Shown: one piece after another, positions 10,554 to 20,157 of the stretch | Layout of the letters: the number at the start of each line of letters is the position of its first letter | Numbering within the stretch: position 1 is the first letter of the stretch | Assembly: GCA_964654465.1 (NCBI GenBank) | Contig: CAZZIO010000032.1 | Span: 58,908-122,907, forward strand | Source of the DNA: an uncultured Dictyoglomota bacterium | Lineage (GTDB): Bacteria; Dictyoglomota; Dictyoglomia; Dictyoglomales; Dictyoglomaceae | Reading direction: 5' to 3' | DNA length: 64,000 nt | Notes under the pieces: generated by a model | Databases searched by the model: none | Told to the model about the DNA's origin: nothing | The model's input: only the letters and a program-made list of their open reading frames with translations | Position numbers and translations under genes: made by a program

Positions 10554-11573
10554 TTAAAATTGTTTTAAAAATCTTACATCATTTTCATAAAACAACCTTA
10601 TATCATCTATTCCATATATTTGCATGGCTATTCTATCTGGTCCCATACCAAAAGCAAATCCTGAGTATATTTCAGGATCAATATTTACCACTCTAAATAC
10701 TTGAGGATGTACCATTCCACACCCGAGAATTTCTAATACACCAGAATATCCACAAGCCTTACATCCTTCACCCTTACATACTCCACACTCTACATACATT
10801 TCTGCACTTGGCTCTGTGAAGGGGAAATAACTTGGTATAAAGTATACTTTTCTATCTTTACCAAACAACCTATGAGCAAAAATAGTAAGAACACCTTTTA
10901 ATTCTGCAAAAGTTATGTCTGTATCAACAGCCAAACCCTCTATTTGATGAAACATGGGACTATGAGTGGCATCTGGCATATCTCTCCTATAACATTTACC
11001 AGGGGCAACAATCCTTAATGGAGGTTTTTTCTTTTCCATAACTCTAACTTGTACAGGTGAAGTTTGGGTTCTCAATAAATGTTCTTTATCAATATAAAAA
11101 GAGTCATGGGATTCTCTTACTGGATGATCTTCTGGTATATTTAATGCAGTAAAATTATAATAATCTGTCTCTAATTCCGGTCCATAAACCACTTGAAATC
11201 CCATCTCTTTAAAAACAGATAAAATCTCTTCTATAACTTGATTTATGGGGTGAATTTTTCCTACTATTTTTTTTCTTCCAGGAAGTGTAATATCAATCTT
11301 CTCTTGATGCAACTTATTTTGCAATGTTTTGTATTTTAATTCTTTTTCCTTTTCTTCATACAATTTTTCTAAAACCTCTTTCCATTCATTAACGAGTCTA
11401 CCAAGCTTTATTCTTTCTTCCTGAGGTAGTTTACCTAATGATCTTAATAGCTGAGTAAGAAAACCTTGCTTCCCTAATACTTCTCTCTTTATTTCCTCAA
11501 GCTCATTTGAATTTTCTGCTCTAATGATTCTTTCCTTTGCCTCTTCAAACTTCTTAATATAATCTTCATTCAT
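10554..11573 (-). CDS. pheS: Phenylalanine--tRNA ligase alpha subunit
   Basis: LLRTQTSPVQ, THSPMFHQIEG, FPFTEPS, GFAFGMG. Confidence 0.98.
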   Translation of the reverse strand: MNEDYIKKFEEAKERIIRAENSNELEEIKREVLGKQGFLTQLLRSLGKLPQEERIKLGRLVNEWKEVLEKLYEEKEKELKYKTLQNKLHQEKIDITLPGRKKIVGKIHPINQVIEEILSVFKEMGFQVVYGPELETDYYNFTALNIPEDHPVRESHDSFYIDKEHLLRTQTSPVQVRVMEKKKPPLRIVAPGKCYRRDMPDATHSPMFHQIEGLAVDTDITFAELKGVLTIFAHRLFGKDRKVYFIPSYFPFTEPSAEMYVECGVCKGEGCKACGYSGVLEILGCGMVHPQVFRVVNIDPEIYSGFAFGMGPDRIAMQIYGIDDIRLFYENDVRFLKQF

Positions 11574-12372
11574 TTATAATTCCCCCTTCATATCTTTGTC
11601 TTTGAGCTTCAAAAAGAAAAATAGAAGTGGCAATTGAAACATTAAGAGAATCTACTTCTTTTTTTAGAGGAATTCTTAGTAAAATAGGATTCATATCTAA
11701 ATATTCCTCTTTTTTAACACCCCATGCCTCATTTCCTACAATCAGTAAAAAAGAACCTACAAGATTTTCTCTAAAATAAATTTTTTCTGCCTTAGGATCT
11801 GCAATTATCACTTTCCATCCTTTAAATTTTTCCTTAATCTCATCTTTATTTGCAAACCATATGGGTAATCTAAATATGGAACCTGTAGAGGCTCTAATCA
11901 CCTTATAATTATAAGGATCTACTGTATTTTTACTAAGAATCACAGCTGTAACTCCTGCTCCTTCTGAGACCCTTATAATAGTTCCAAGATTCCCAGGATC
12001 TTGCACATTATCCACAAAAAGAACCGTTATATTATTTTTATCTTTTAAAATCTCCCATTTTTCACTAAAAAATAAAGGAAACACCCCCATAATTCCTGGG
12101 GGTGTTTCTAGAAGCGATATTTTCTTCATTAATGAATCATCTACAATCCTAATTATACTAAAGGAAACTAATTTTTCTATTTCATCCCTTTTTTCTTCCC
12201 AATAACTTTTTGAGACAAAAACTTTCTCAATTAAAACTCCACTTTTTATCGCATCTAAAATCAATCTCCAGCCCTCAACTATGCATTTATTTAGCTTTCT
12301 GCGTTTCTCCTTATCATGAAGCTTTAAAATTTCTTTGACCTCTGGATTAGAGATGCTGGAGATATATTTCAT
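11566..12372 (-). CDS. TrmH/SpoU-family RNA methyltransferase
   Basis: DNVQDPGNLGTIIR, GNEAWG, SLNVSIA SPOUT motifs; usual rplT-trmH-pheS position. Confidence 0.92.
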   Translation of the reverse strand: MKYISSISNPEVKEILKLHDKEKRRKLNKCIVEGWRLILDAIKSGVLIEKVFVSKSYWEEKRDEIEKLVSFSIIRIVDDSLMKKISLLETPPGIMGVFPLFFSEKWEILKDKNNITVLFVDNVQDPGNLGTIIRVSEGAGVTAVILSKNTVDPYNYKVIRASTGSIFRLPIWFANKDEIKEKFKGWKVIIADPKAEKIYFRENLVGSFLLIVGNEAWGVKKEEYLDMNPILLRIPLKKEVDSLNVSIATSIFLFEAQRQRYEGGIINE

Positions 12373-12383
12373 CTCATATTTTA

Positions 12384-12725
12384 CTATTTTACCTGATTTA
12401 CAATCTCCTCAAAAACTTTTGGTTCATTAACACAAAGATCTGCTAAAACTTTTCTATCTAATTTAATGTTTGCTTTTTTCAAAAGTCCCATAAATTTACT
12501 ATAAGAAAGGCCAAATTTTCTTACAGCTGCATTGATTCTAATAATCCAAAGTCTTCTAAAGTCTCTCTTTTTTCTTCTTCTATCTATATAAGCATCATAA
12601 AGAGCTTTAATTACAGATTGGTTAGCTATCTTAAATATTCTGCTTCTTCTTCCTCTAAAACCCTTTGCAAGTTTTAAAACCTTTTTATGTCTTCTTCTTG
12701 TAATTGTACCACCTTTAACTCTCAT
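12384..12725 (-). CDS. rplT: 50S ribosomal protein L20
   Basis: [33 protein letters not shown]. Confidence 0.98.
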   Translation of the reverse strand: MRVKGGTITRRRHKKVLKLAKGFRGRRSRIFKIANQSVIKALYDAYIDRRRKKRDFRRLWIIRINAAVRKFGLSYSKFMGLLKKANIKLDRKVLADLCVNEPKVFEEIVNQVK

Positions 12726-12743
12726 TTCTTCATCTCCCCTATT

Positions 12744-12944
12744 TTATAGACTATATGGTAGATTTCTTTCTACCTTCCAACGATCAACACTTTTAATTTC
12801 TCCAGGAATATCTAATCTTCTCTTCCTGGAAGAACTCTTCTTACTTAAATTATGTCTTTTTCCAGCCTTCTTATGCAAGATTTTGCCAGTAGCAGTTACC
12901 TTAAACCTCTTAGCAGCTGAAGATCTTGTTTTCAGCTTACTCAT
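12744..12944 (-). CDS. rpmI: 50S ribosomal protein L35
   Basis: [19 protein letters not shown]; infC-rpmI-rplT order. Confidence 0.97.
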   Translation of the reverse strand: MSKLKTRSSAAKRFKVTATGKILHKKAGKRHNLSKKSSSRKRRLDIPGEIKSVDRWKVERNLPYSL

Positions 12945-13494
12945 TTTTTACCTCCTCTAATACTACTTTTTTATTTGAAGATTTTTTTGTAGGCACAAGC
13001 ATTGTAACCATAGTCATTCCAACTTGTTGTCCTTTCTTTTCTGCTGTGCCCAAATCTGCTATGTCTTGCAAAATTCTTTCTAAAAGTTTATCACCCCACT
13101 CATTATAAATCAACTGTCTACCTTTAAAAAGTATTATCAGTCTTACCTTATATCCTTTTTCTAGAAATTCCCTTATTTTCTTTAGTTTAACCTGATAATC
13201 ATGCTCTTCAATATTTGGTCTTATCTTGATCTCCTTTACTTCTGAAGCTATTTTTTGGCTCTTTTTAGCTTCTTTTTCCTTTCTTGTTAATTCATACTTA
13301 AACTTACCATAATCCATTATTCTACAGACAGGAGGATTTGCATTAGGTGCAACTTCTACAAGATCTAAATGTCTTTCTCTCGCCAATTTAATAGCTTGAT
13401 CAATAGGCATTATACCAAGTTGTTTACCATCTTCCCCTACTACTCTTACCTCCTTTGCTCTTATCTTCTCATTGATTCTATAATCTTTCTCTAT
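12937..13494 (-). CDS. infC: Translation initiation factor IF-3, with probable ATA start upstream of the ORF-track ATG
   Basis: Frame stays open upstream of 13410 and encodes the conserved [28 protein letters not shown] lies 9 nt before an in-frame ATA at 13494; [19 protein letters not shown]. Confidence 0.93.
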   Translation of the reverse strand: MEKDYRINEKIRAKEVRVVGEDGKQLGIMPIDQAIKLARERHLDLVEVAPNANPPVCRIMDYGKFKYELTRKEKEAKKSQKIASEVKEIKIRPNIEEHDYQVKLKKIREFLEKGYKVRLIILFKGRQLIYNEWGDKLLERILQDIADLGTAEKKGQQVGMTMVTMLVPTKKSSNKKVVLEEVKNE

Positions 13495-13514
13495 TGAAAT
13501 ACACCTCCTTAAAA

Positions 13515-14540
13515 TTATTCTTCTAAGTAATCTTTTATTTTTTTACTTCTGCTTGGATGGCGCAATCTTCTCAAGGCCTTGGCTTCTATTTGCCTTATTC
13601 TTTCCCTTGTTACATTAAAAAGTTTACCCACTTCCTCTAAAGTTCTTGGTTGATTATCTTCTAACCCAAATCTTAATTTAAGAATCTCCCTTTCCCTCTC
13701 AGAAAGCTCATTCAATAATTCCTCTATATCTTTTTTCAAAGATTTTTGAATTGCAATATCAGCAGGACTCATACCTTTGTTTTCCACGAAATCAGCCAAT
13801 CTATTATCTTCATCCTCACCTACAGGCATCTCCAAGGATAATGGCTCTTGTCCTATCATACTTATCTCTCTTATCTTTTCTACAGGAAGCCTTACCCTTT
13901 CTGCAATCTCTTCTTCAGTTGGCTTTCTTCCAAGTTCCTGTGTAAGCTGTCTTGTAACTTTATGTATCTTATTCATTGTCTCTACCATATGTACTGGTAT
14001 TCTTATAGTCCTTGCTTGATCAGCAATAGCTCTTGTAATTGCTTGTCTTATCCACCAAGTAGCATAGGTAGAAAACTTATATCCTTTCCTCCAATCAAAT
14101 TTTTCAACAGCTTTAATAAGACCAAGATTCCCTTCTTGTATAAGATCTAAAAAAGATAAACCCCTTCCAATATATCTTTTGGCTACACTTACTACTAACC
14201 TTAAGTTAGCCTCAATAAGTTTCTTCTTAGCCTCTTCATCTCCTTCTTCTACTCTTTTGGCAAGTTCTATCTCTTCCTCTGGGGTAAGTAATGGAATCTT
14301 TCCGATTTCTTTTAAATACATCTTTACAGGATCATCTAATTCTATCTCTTCTGGAAGCTCTAAATCTTCCTCAATAGTTTCAGGTATACTATCCTCTTTT
14401 ATATCCACAAATAAATCTTCTGCATCTATCAATTCATGGTCTTCCAAGTATTTTTCTACTTCCTCTATATTATCCTCAGGATAAGGAAATTCCGTCAAAA
14501 CTTCATCAGGAGTTACTTTTTTAGGCTTTTTCTTAGTCAT
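13515..14540 (-). CDS. rpoD: Primary RNA polymerase sigma factor SigA/RpoD
   Basis: [64 protein letters not shown]. Confidence 0.98.
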   Translation of the reverse strand: MTKKKPKKVTPDEVLTEFPYPEDNIEEVEKYLEDHELIDAEDLFVDIKEDSIPETIEEDLELPEEIELDDPVKMYLKEIGKIPLLTPEEEIELAKRVEEGDEEAKKKLIEANLRLVVSVAKRYIGRGLSFLDLIQEGNLGLIKAVEKFDWRKGYKFSTYATWWIRQAITRAIADQARTIRIPVHMVETMNKIHKVTRQLTQELGRKPTEEEIAERVRLPVEKIREISMIGQEPLSLEMPVGEDEDNRLADFVENKGMSPADIAIQKSLKKDIEELLNELSEREREILKLRFGLEDNQPRTLEEVGKLFNVTRERIRQIEAKALRRLRHPSRSKKIKDYLEE

Positions 14541-14566
14541 TTAAAATCATCTCCTCCTTAAAAATT

Positions 14567-16309
14567 TCACTTCTTTACTTCTAAAAGACTCCTCAAGAAA
14601 TATATTTCTTCCATAATTTCTTTTTCTTTTTCAAGATCAGTCAATGATTTTGATAACTCCTCTATCAATCTGTTTATCTCCTTTTTTATTCTAAGCTTTT
14701 GAAAATGATCCCACAAGTAGGGAATTATATCTTTTTGTTTTATAAACTCTTCACCTGATAAAATTGCCCTCTCTATAAGGATTCTTTTATCTTCTTCCCA
14801 TTGACTTAAAAATTCTTCTAAACCCTTTTCTTTATCCCAAATCCTCCACTTTTTTAAAACATCCTGATACAACACAAAGGTAAAATCATCAGGACTCATA
14901 TTCTTTATTTGTGTATGTTCAACACCCAATAAAATCAATCCTAACAAAGCTTCTTCCGTTTTTGATACTCCATAATAACGTGTTATTTGAACCTTAGCTT
15001 TATCCTCTGTTATTCTACCAGAAAAAATTCTCTTCTGTATCTCTTTTTGAAGCCCTTCTTCGGGCACTCCTATTCTCTTACTTATTAATGGTAAATATTG
15101 CTTTATTTTTTCTTGCTGGACAAGTATATTTTTACTACGAAGAATGGAAGATGTCAATATTTCAATTATTTCTTCTAATTTTTCTTTAAAGGTCATGGGT
15201 AAATTTAATACATGATCAACAAGAAAATCTAAAGAAGGTTTACTATCTTTAATAAGATTCAAGAATTCATCTTTTGAATATTTTTGTATAAACTCATCTG
15301 GATCTTTTACGTCAGATGGAAGAGATAACCAATATACATCTAAACCTTCCAACTCAAGAATAGATAATGCTCTTTTCCCTGCTTGAAAACCTGCTGGGTC
15401 TTGATCATATCCTAATATCACTTTATTAGTATAATTTTTTAAAAGCTTCGCTTGTGAAGAAGTTAACGAAGTACCTAAAGAAGCCACCACATTACCTATA
15501 CCTTCTTGATGAAGTGAGATAGCATCCATATATCCTTCAACTAAAATTGCCTCCCCATCTCTTTTTATAACTTCCTTTGCTTGAAATAGGGCATATAGAT
15601 TTTTACCTTTACTAAATATCTCACTCTCTGGAGAGTTTATATATTTAGGGTCTTCGCTAGTTATGGTCCTTGCCCCAAAACCTATTATATGACCTCTAAG
15701 ATTAAATATTGGAAAAATTATTCTTCCAGCAAAAGGATCCTTCCATTCATCTTTTACGTTATATAAAATTTTAGATTTAATGATATCCTCTTTTTGAAAA
15801 CCTTTTTTAATAAGATATCTAAGAAGAAGCAAGGAATTTCTAGGAGAAAATCCCAAAAGAAATTTTTCTTGAGTCTCTAGTGAAATACCCCTTTTTTTTA
15901 AATATAACCTTCCTTCTGCTCCATATTTACTTGTTAGATAAAGATGATAAAACACACCAGCAGACTTATAAATTTCTAATAAAACATTACCTTCTGCTGT
16001 AATAGTCTCTGATTTTTTTGGCAATTCTAAACCTACCTCATGTGCTAATTCTTCTAATGCTTCTCTGAAGGTTATATTTCTGTAATTTATAAGAAAGGAG
16101 AAAACATCTCCCGCAGCCCCGCACCCAAAACAATGGTAAAGTCCTTTATCAGGACTCACATAAAAAGATGGCGTTTTTTCCTGGTGAAAAGGACAAAGGC
16201 CCACATAATTTTTCCCACTTTTTTTAAGACTCACATATCTTGAAATAACATCTACTATATTAATCCTTTGTTTAACTTCCTCTACAAAATCTTCCATCAA
16301 AAAACCCAT
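14567..16309 (-). CDS. dnaG: DNA primase
   Basis: CPFHQEKTPSF zinc finger, KYINSPE, TOPRIM VEGYMD, KDPDE. Confidence 0.97.
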   Translation of the reverse strand: MGFLMEDFVEEVKQRINIVDVISRYVSLKKSGKNYVGLCPFHQEKTPSFYVSPDKGLYHCFGCGAAGDVFSFLINYRNITFREALEELAHEVGLELPKKSETITAEGNVLLEIYKSAGVFYHLYLTSKYGAEGRLYLKKRGISLETQEKFLLGFSPRNSLLLLRYLIKKGFQKEDIIKSKILYNVKDEWKDPFAGRIIFPIFNLRGHIIGFGARTITSEDPKYINSPESEIFSKGKNLYALFQAKEVIKRDGEAILVEGYMDAISLHQEGIGNVVASLGTSLTSSQAKLLKNYTNKVILGYDQDPAGFQAGKRALSILELEGLDVYWLSLPSDVKDPDEFIQKYSKDEFLNLIKDSKPSLDFLVDHVLNLPMTFKEKLEEIIEILTSSILRSKNILVQQEKIKQYLPLISKRIGVPEEGLQKEIQKRIFSGRITEDKAKVQITRYYGVSKTEEALLGLILLGVEHTQIKNMSPDDFTFVLYQDVLKKWRIWDKEKGLEEFLSQWEEDKRILIERAILSGEEFIKQKDIIPYLWDHFQKLRIKKEINRLIEELSKSLTDLEKEKEIMEEIYFLRSLLEVKK

Positions 16310-17344
16310 TTAGAAGAACCTCCATGGCTTTGGGATAAAGATACTTTCATATAACTCTATTGCATATCTATCTGTCATTCCTGCCAAAAAGTCTTTAATT
16401 TTTATTACTAAATCATCTTCTGGAAGATTTTGAGGAAGTTTTTTAGGATTTTTCATAAAGTAATCAAAAAGTCCATATAATAAGAGTTTAACCCTTTCAT
16501 TTTCTGATTTAACATGCGGATTTATATACAAAGTCTCATATAAAAAATTTCTAAGCTCCTCTATAGCATCAAGAATATCATATTCAAATTCAAGATGATC
16601 TTTATTTAGGCTATTAAAGACTAAATTCTTTACCATGGTATCTATTCTTTCTTTGTGTGTTTTCCCAAGAATCCTTATAATCTTCTCAGGTATATACTTC
16701 TCATCTATCACTCCTGCTCTTAAGGCATCATCAAGGTCATGATTTAAATAAGCTATAACATCTGAAAATCTTACAACTTCCCCTTCTAAAGTCTCGCAAA
16801 CCTTGTTACTAAAACAAATTCTAAGATCTTTTTGCCCTTTGCTATGCTGTAATATACCCATCCTTACCTCATATGTTAAATTTAACCCCTTGCCACCTTT
16901 CTCTATTTTATCAACAACTCTTAAACTTTGTTCAGCATGAGAAAAACCAGAATAACCATAAGACTTTAAAATCTCGTCAAGAACATCCTCTCCCATATGT
17001 CCAAAAGGAGTATGGCCCAAATCATGCCCTAAAGCTATAGCCTCGGTGAGATCTTCATTTAAAGAAAGAGCCCTTGAAATAGTTCGAGCTATTTGTGATA
17101 CTTCAAGGGTATGAGTTAAACGAGTTCTATAATGGTCTCCCTCTGGAGCAAGAAACACTTGAGTTTTATGTTTTAACCTTCGAAAAGCCTTAGAATGGAT
17201 AATCCTATCTCTATCTCTCTGAAAACATGTCCTTAAAGGACATTCTTCTTCAAAGACAATTCTACCCTTGCTTTTACTACTCAAAGTAGCATAAGGTGAA
17301 AATAAAATTTTTTCTTGTTCTTCTAATCTCTCCCTGATTAACAT
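16310..17344 (-). CDS. dgt: Deoxyguanosinetriphosphate triphosphohydrolase-like HD protein
   Basis: FQRDRDRIIHSKAFRRLKHKTQVF, RTRLTH, HDLGHTPFGH, GMTDRYA. Confidence 0.94.
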   Translation of the reverse strand: MLIRERLEEQEKILFSPYATLSSKSKGRIVFEEECPLRTCFQRDRDRIIHSKAFRRLKHKTQVFLAPEGDHYRTRLTHTLEVSQIARTISRALSLNEDLTEAIALGHDLGHTPFGHMGEDVLDEILKSYGYSGFSHAEQSLRVVDKIEKGGKGLNLTYEVRMGILQHSKGQKDLRICFSNKVCETLEGEVVRFSDVIAYLNHDLDDALRAGVIDEKYIPEKIIRILGKTHKERIDTMVKNLVFNSLNKDHLEFEYDILDAIEELRNFLYETLYINPHVKSENERVKLLLYGLFDYFMKNPKKLPQNLPEDDLVIKIKDFLAGMTDRYAIELYESIFIPKPWRFF

Positions 17345-17348
17345 TCTC

Positions 17349-17382
17349 TTAGGGGGGAGAAGTTTTTACTCCTCCCCCCTAA
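17349..17382 (-). promoter_or_regulatory. Strong 15-bp stem-loop between the SD-like sequence and the dgt start codon
   Basis: Minus strand TTAGGGGGGAGGAGT-AAAA-ACTTCTCCCCCCTAA; no U-tract follows (GAGAATG). Confidence 0.75.
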
Positions 17383-17395
17383 ATTTATCACCTCT

Positions 17396-20065
17396 TTAAG
17401 CTGTCCTATCTACAAATTCCATTTGCTTTTGATATTTCAATGTAGCTTGTGCAGCAGCAAGTCTTGCAACAGGTACTCTGAAAGGTGAACAACTTACATA
17501 ATTCAAACCTATTTGATAGCAGAACTCTATAGACTTAGGATCTCCACCATGTTCACCACAGATTCCAACTTTTAAGTCAGGTCTTGTAGATCTTCCTTTT
17601 TGAATTGCTATTTTCATTAGTTCTCCTACACCTTGTGTATCTAAGTGTTCAAATGGATCATCCTCAATGTATCCCTTTTCTCTATATCTTCCTAAGAACT
17701 TACCTTCAGCATCGTCACGGCTGAAAGCAAAGGTCATCTGAGTAAGGTCATTAGTACCAAAGGAGAAGAACTCAGCAATTTGAGCAAGTTTGTCAGCAAT
17801 CAATGCAGCTCTTGGAACCTCAATCATAGTCCCAACCTTATATTCAATATTAACTCCACTCTTTTCTAAAACTTCTTTTGCTACTCTATGTATTAAATCT
17901 CCAAGAACTTTCATTTCAGACTCTAATGCTACAAGAGGGATCATAATTTCTGGTTTTACAGGAAGTCCTTCTTTAGCTACTGCAACAGCCGCCTCCATAA
18001 TTGCTCTTACCTGCATTTCAAATATTTCTGGATAAATCATTCCCAATCTACAACCTCTAAATCCCATCATAGGGTTAAACTCATGCAATCTCTTTACTAC
18101 AGAAAGTAATTTTTCTTTTTCTTCTAATTCTTTTCCTGTAATTCCCTTTGCTTTCATAATTTCAACTTCTACAGTTAAATCCAGTAATGGTGGTAAGAAT
18201 TCATGTAATGGTGGGTCAATTAATCGGATTGTTACAGGTTTTCCTTGCATAGCCTTGAATAATCCTATAAAATCCTCTCTTTGTACTGGTAATAATTTTT
18301 CTAAAGCCTTTCTTCTTTCTTCTTCAGTTTCTGCAAGAATCATCTCTTGTACTAATGGAAGCCTATTTCCTAAGAACATATGCTCTGTTCTTGCAAGACC
18401 TATCCCTTCAGCACCATATTCAAATGCTTTTTGGGCATCTTCAGGAGTATCTGCATTAGCTCTTACACCAATCTTCCTAATTTCATCAGCCCAAGAAAGA
18501 AGCTCTATTAATTCGTTGCTTAAAGTAGGTGGAATCATTGGAACCTCTCCTAAAATTACTTCACCAGTAGAACCATCTATTGTAATAACATCATCTTTCT
18601 TTACTACCACATCACCCACACGAAATTCTTCTTTCTCAAGATCTATCTTTATTGCCTCACATCCTACTACAGCGGGCTTACCCATTCCTCTTGCAACTAC
18701 AGCTGCGTGGCTTGTCATTCCACCTCTACTTGTTAATACACCTTGAGCTGCTGCAAGACCACCAATATCATCTGGTGTGGTCTCAGGTCTTACAAGGATG
18801 ACTTTTTCTCCTTCTTTTCCTCTCTTTTCTGCCTCACGAGAAGAGAATACCACTTTTCCAGAAGCTGCACCCGGAGATGCAGGAAGACCCTTTGCAATTA
18901 CTTTCTTTTCAGCCTTTGGATCTATTTGGGCATGAAGCAACTGATTTATCTGTTCTGGAGAAACCCTTAATATAGCTTCCTCTTTTGTAATTAATCCTTC
19001 CTTGACCATATCTACAGCTATTTTAACTGCTGCTGCAGCTGTTCTTTTTGCATTTCTTGTCTGAAGCATGTAAAGTTTTCCTTTCTCAATTGTAAATTCT
19101 ATGTCTTGAACATCTCTATAATACTTTTCAAGTAGATCTCTAACTTCAAGAAGTTGCTTATAAACTTCAGGCATTTCTTCTGCTAATTTTGAGATTGGTT
19201 GAGGAGTTCTTATTCCTGCTACCACGTCTTCACCCTGTGCATTAGTTAAATATTCACCATAGAATTCCTTTTCTCCTGTAGATGGGTTTCTCGTAAAGGC
19301 TACTCCTGTACCACTATCATCACCCATGTTTCCAAAAACCATAGTTACAATATTTACTGCTGTACCATAGTCCTCTGGAATATTATGGAGTTTCCTATAA
19401 ATTATGGCTCTTTCATTATTCCAAGAATCAAAAACTGCTTTTATAGCCATTTCAAGTTGTTGATATGGATCTTGAGGGAAATCTTTACCATTCTCTTTCC
19501 TAACAAGCTCTTTATAGGCTTCTACTACTTTCTTAAGAGTTTCGGCTGTAAGTTCACTATCTAATTTAGCTCCTTGCTCTTTCTTATAGTGATCTAAAAT
19601 TTCCTCAAATTTCTCATGAGGAATACCAAGAACTACATTTCCAAACATCTGTATAAATCTTCTATAAGAATCATAAGCAAATCTTTCATTATTACTCTTT
19701 TTTGCTAAACCTTTAACAGTCTCATCATTAAGTCCAAGGTTTAAAATTGTATCCATCATTCCTGGCATTGATACAGGTGCTCCAGATCTTACAGAAACAA
19801 GTAGTGGATTCTCAGGATCAGCAAATTTCTTACCTGTCTTTTCCTCCAATTTTTTCATTGCTGCTAAAACTTCTTCCATTAAACCTTCTGGAAGTTTCTT
19901 ATCGTTTTCGTAATATTCTTTACATACTTCAGTGGTGATAATGAATCCTGGAGGAACTGGGAGACCTGCTTTGGTCATATCTGCTAATCCTGCACCTTTT
20001 CCACCAAAAAGAAGACGATTTTTACCATCTGCCTCCTCAAATAGATATACTCTTTTCTTTGACAT
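17396..20065 (-). CDS. ppdK: Pyruvate, phosphate dikinase
   Basis: PLLVSVRSGAPVSMPGMMDT, GGMTSHAAVVARG phospho-His motif, FSFGTNDLTQ, GICGEHGGDP. Confidence 0.98.
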   Translation of the reverse strand: MSKKRVYLFEEADGKNRLLFGGKGAGLADMTKAGLPVPPGFIITTEVCKEYYENDKKLPEGLMEEVLAAMKKLEEKTGKKFADPENPLLVSVRSGAPVSMPGMMDTILNLGLNDETVKGLAKKSNNERFAYDSYRRFIQMFGNVVLGIPHEKFEEILDHYKKEQGAKLDSELTAETLKKVVEAYKELVRKENGKDFPQDPYQQLEMAIKAVFDSWNNERAIIYRKLHNIPEDYGTAVNIVTMVFGNMGDDSGTGVAFTRNPSTGEKEFYGEYLTNAQGEDVVAGIRTPQPISKLAEEMPEVYKQLLEVRDLLEKYYRDVQDIEFTIEKGKLYMLQTRNAKRTAAAAVKIAVDMVKEGLITKEEAILRVSPEQINQLLHAQIDPKAEKKVIAKGLPASPGAASGKVVFSSREAEKRGKEGEKVILVRPETTPDDIGGLAAAQGVLTSRGGMTSHAAVVARGMGKPAVVGCEAIKIDLEKEEFRVGDVVVKKDDVITIDGSTGEVILGEVPMIPPTLSNELIELLSWADEIRKIGVRANADTPEDAQKAFEYGAEGIGLARTEHMFLGNRLPLVQEMILAETEEERRKALEKLLPVQREDFIGLFKAMQGKPVTIRLIDPPLHEFLPPLLDLTVEVEIMKAKGITGKELEEKEKLLSVVKRLHEFNPMMGFRGCRLGMIYPEIFEMQVRAIMEAAVAVAKEGLPVKPEIMIPLVALESEMKVLGDLIHRVAKEVLEKSGVNIEYKVGTMIEVPRAALIADKLAQIAEFFSFGTNDLTQMTFAFSRDDAEGKFLGRYREKGYIEDDPFEHLDTQGVGELMKIAIQKGRSTRPDLKVGICGEHGGDPKSIEFCYQIGLNYVSCSPFRVPVARLAAAQATLKYQKQMEFVDRTA

Positions 20066-20157
20066 ATGTCATCCTCCTTACTTTTATATTTTTTTAAAGT
20101 TATCTTATGAGATTATATCATAAACGTATCAAGACTAATTTTAATGAAAGTTTAAAG

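Noticed and set aside
17349-17382. Ordinary intrinsic terminator of ppdK
   Set aside because: No U-tract follows the stem on the coding strand and an orphan SD lies upstream; reported as a structured RBS candidate instead.
20105-20123. Rex operator upstream of ppdK
   Set aside because: Spacing is TGA-N7-TCA, one base longer than the Rex TTGTGAA-N4-TTCACAA geometry; kept only as an unassigned palindrome.
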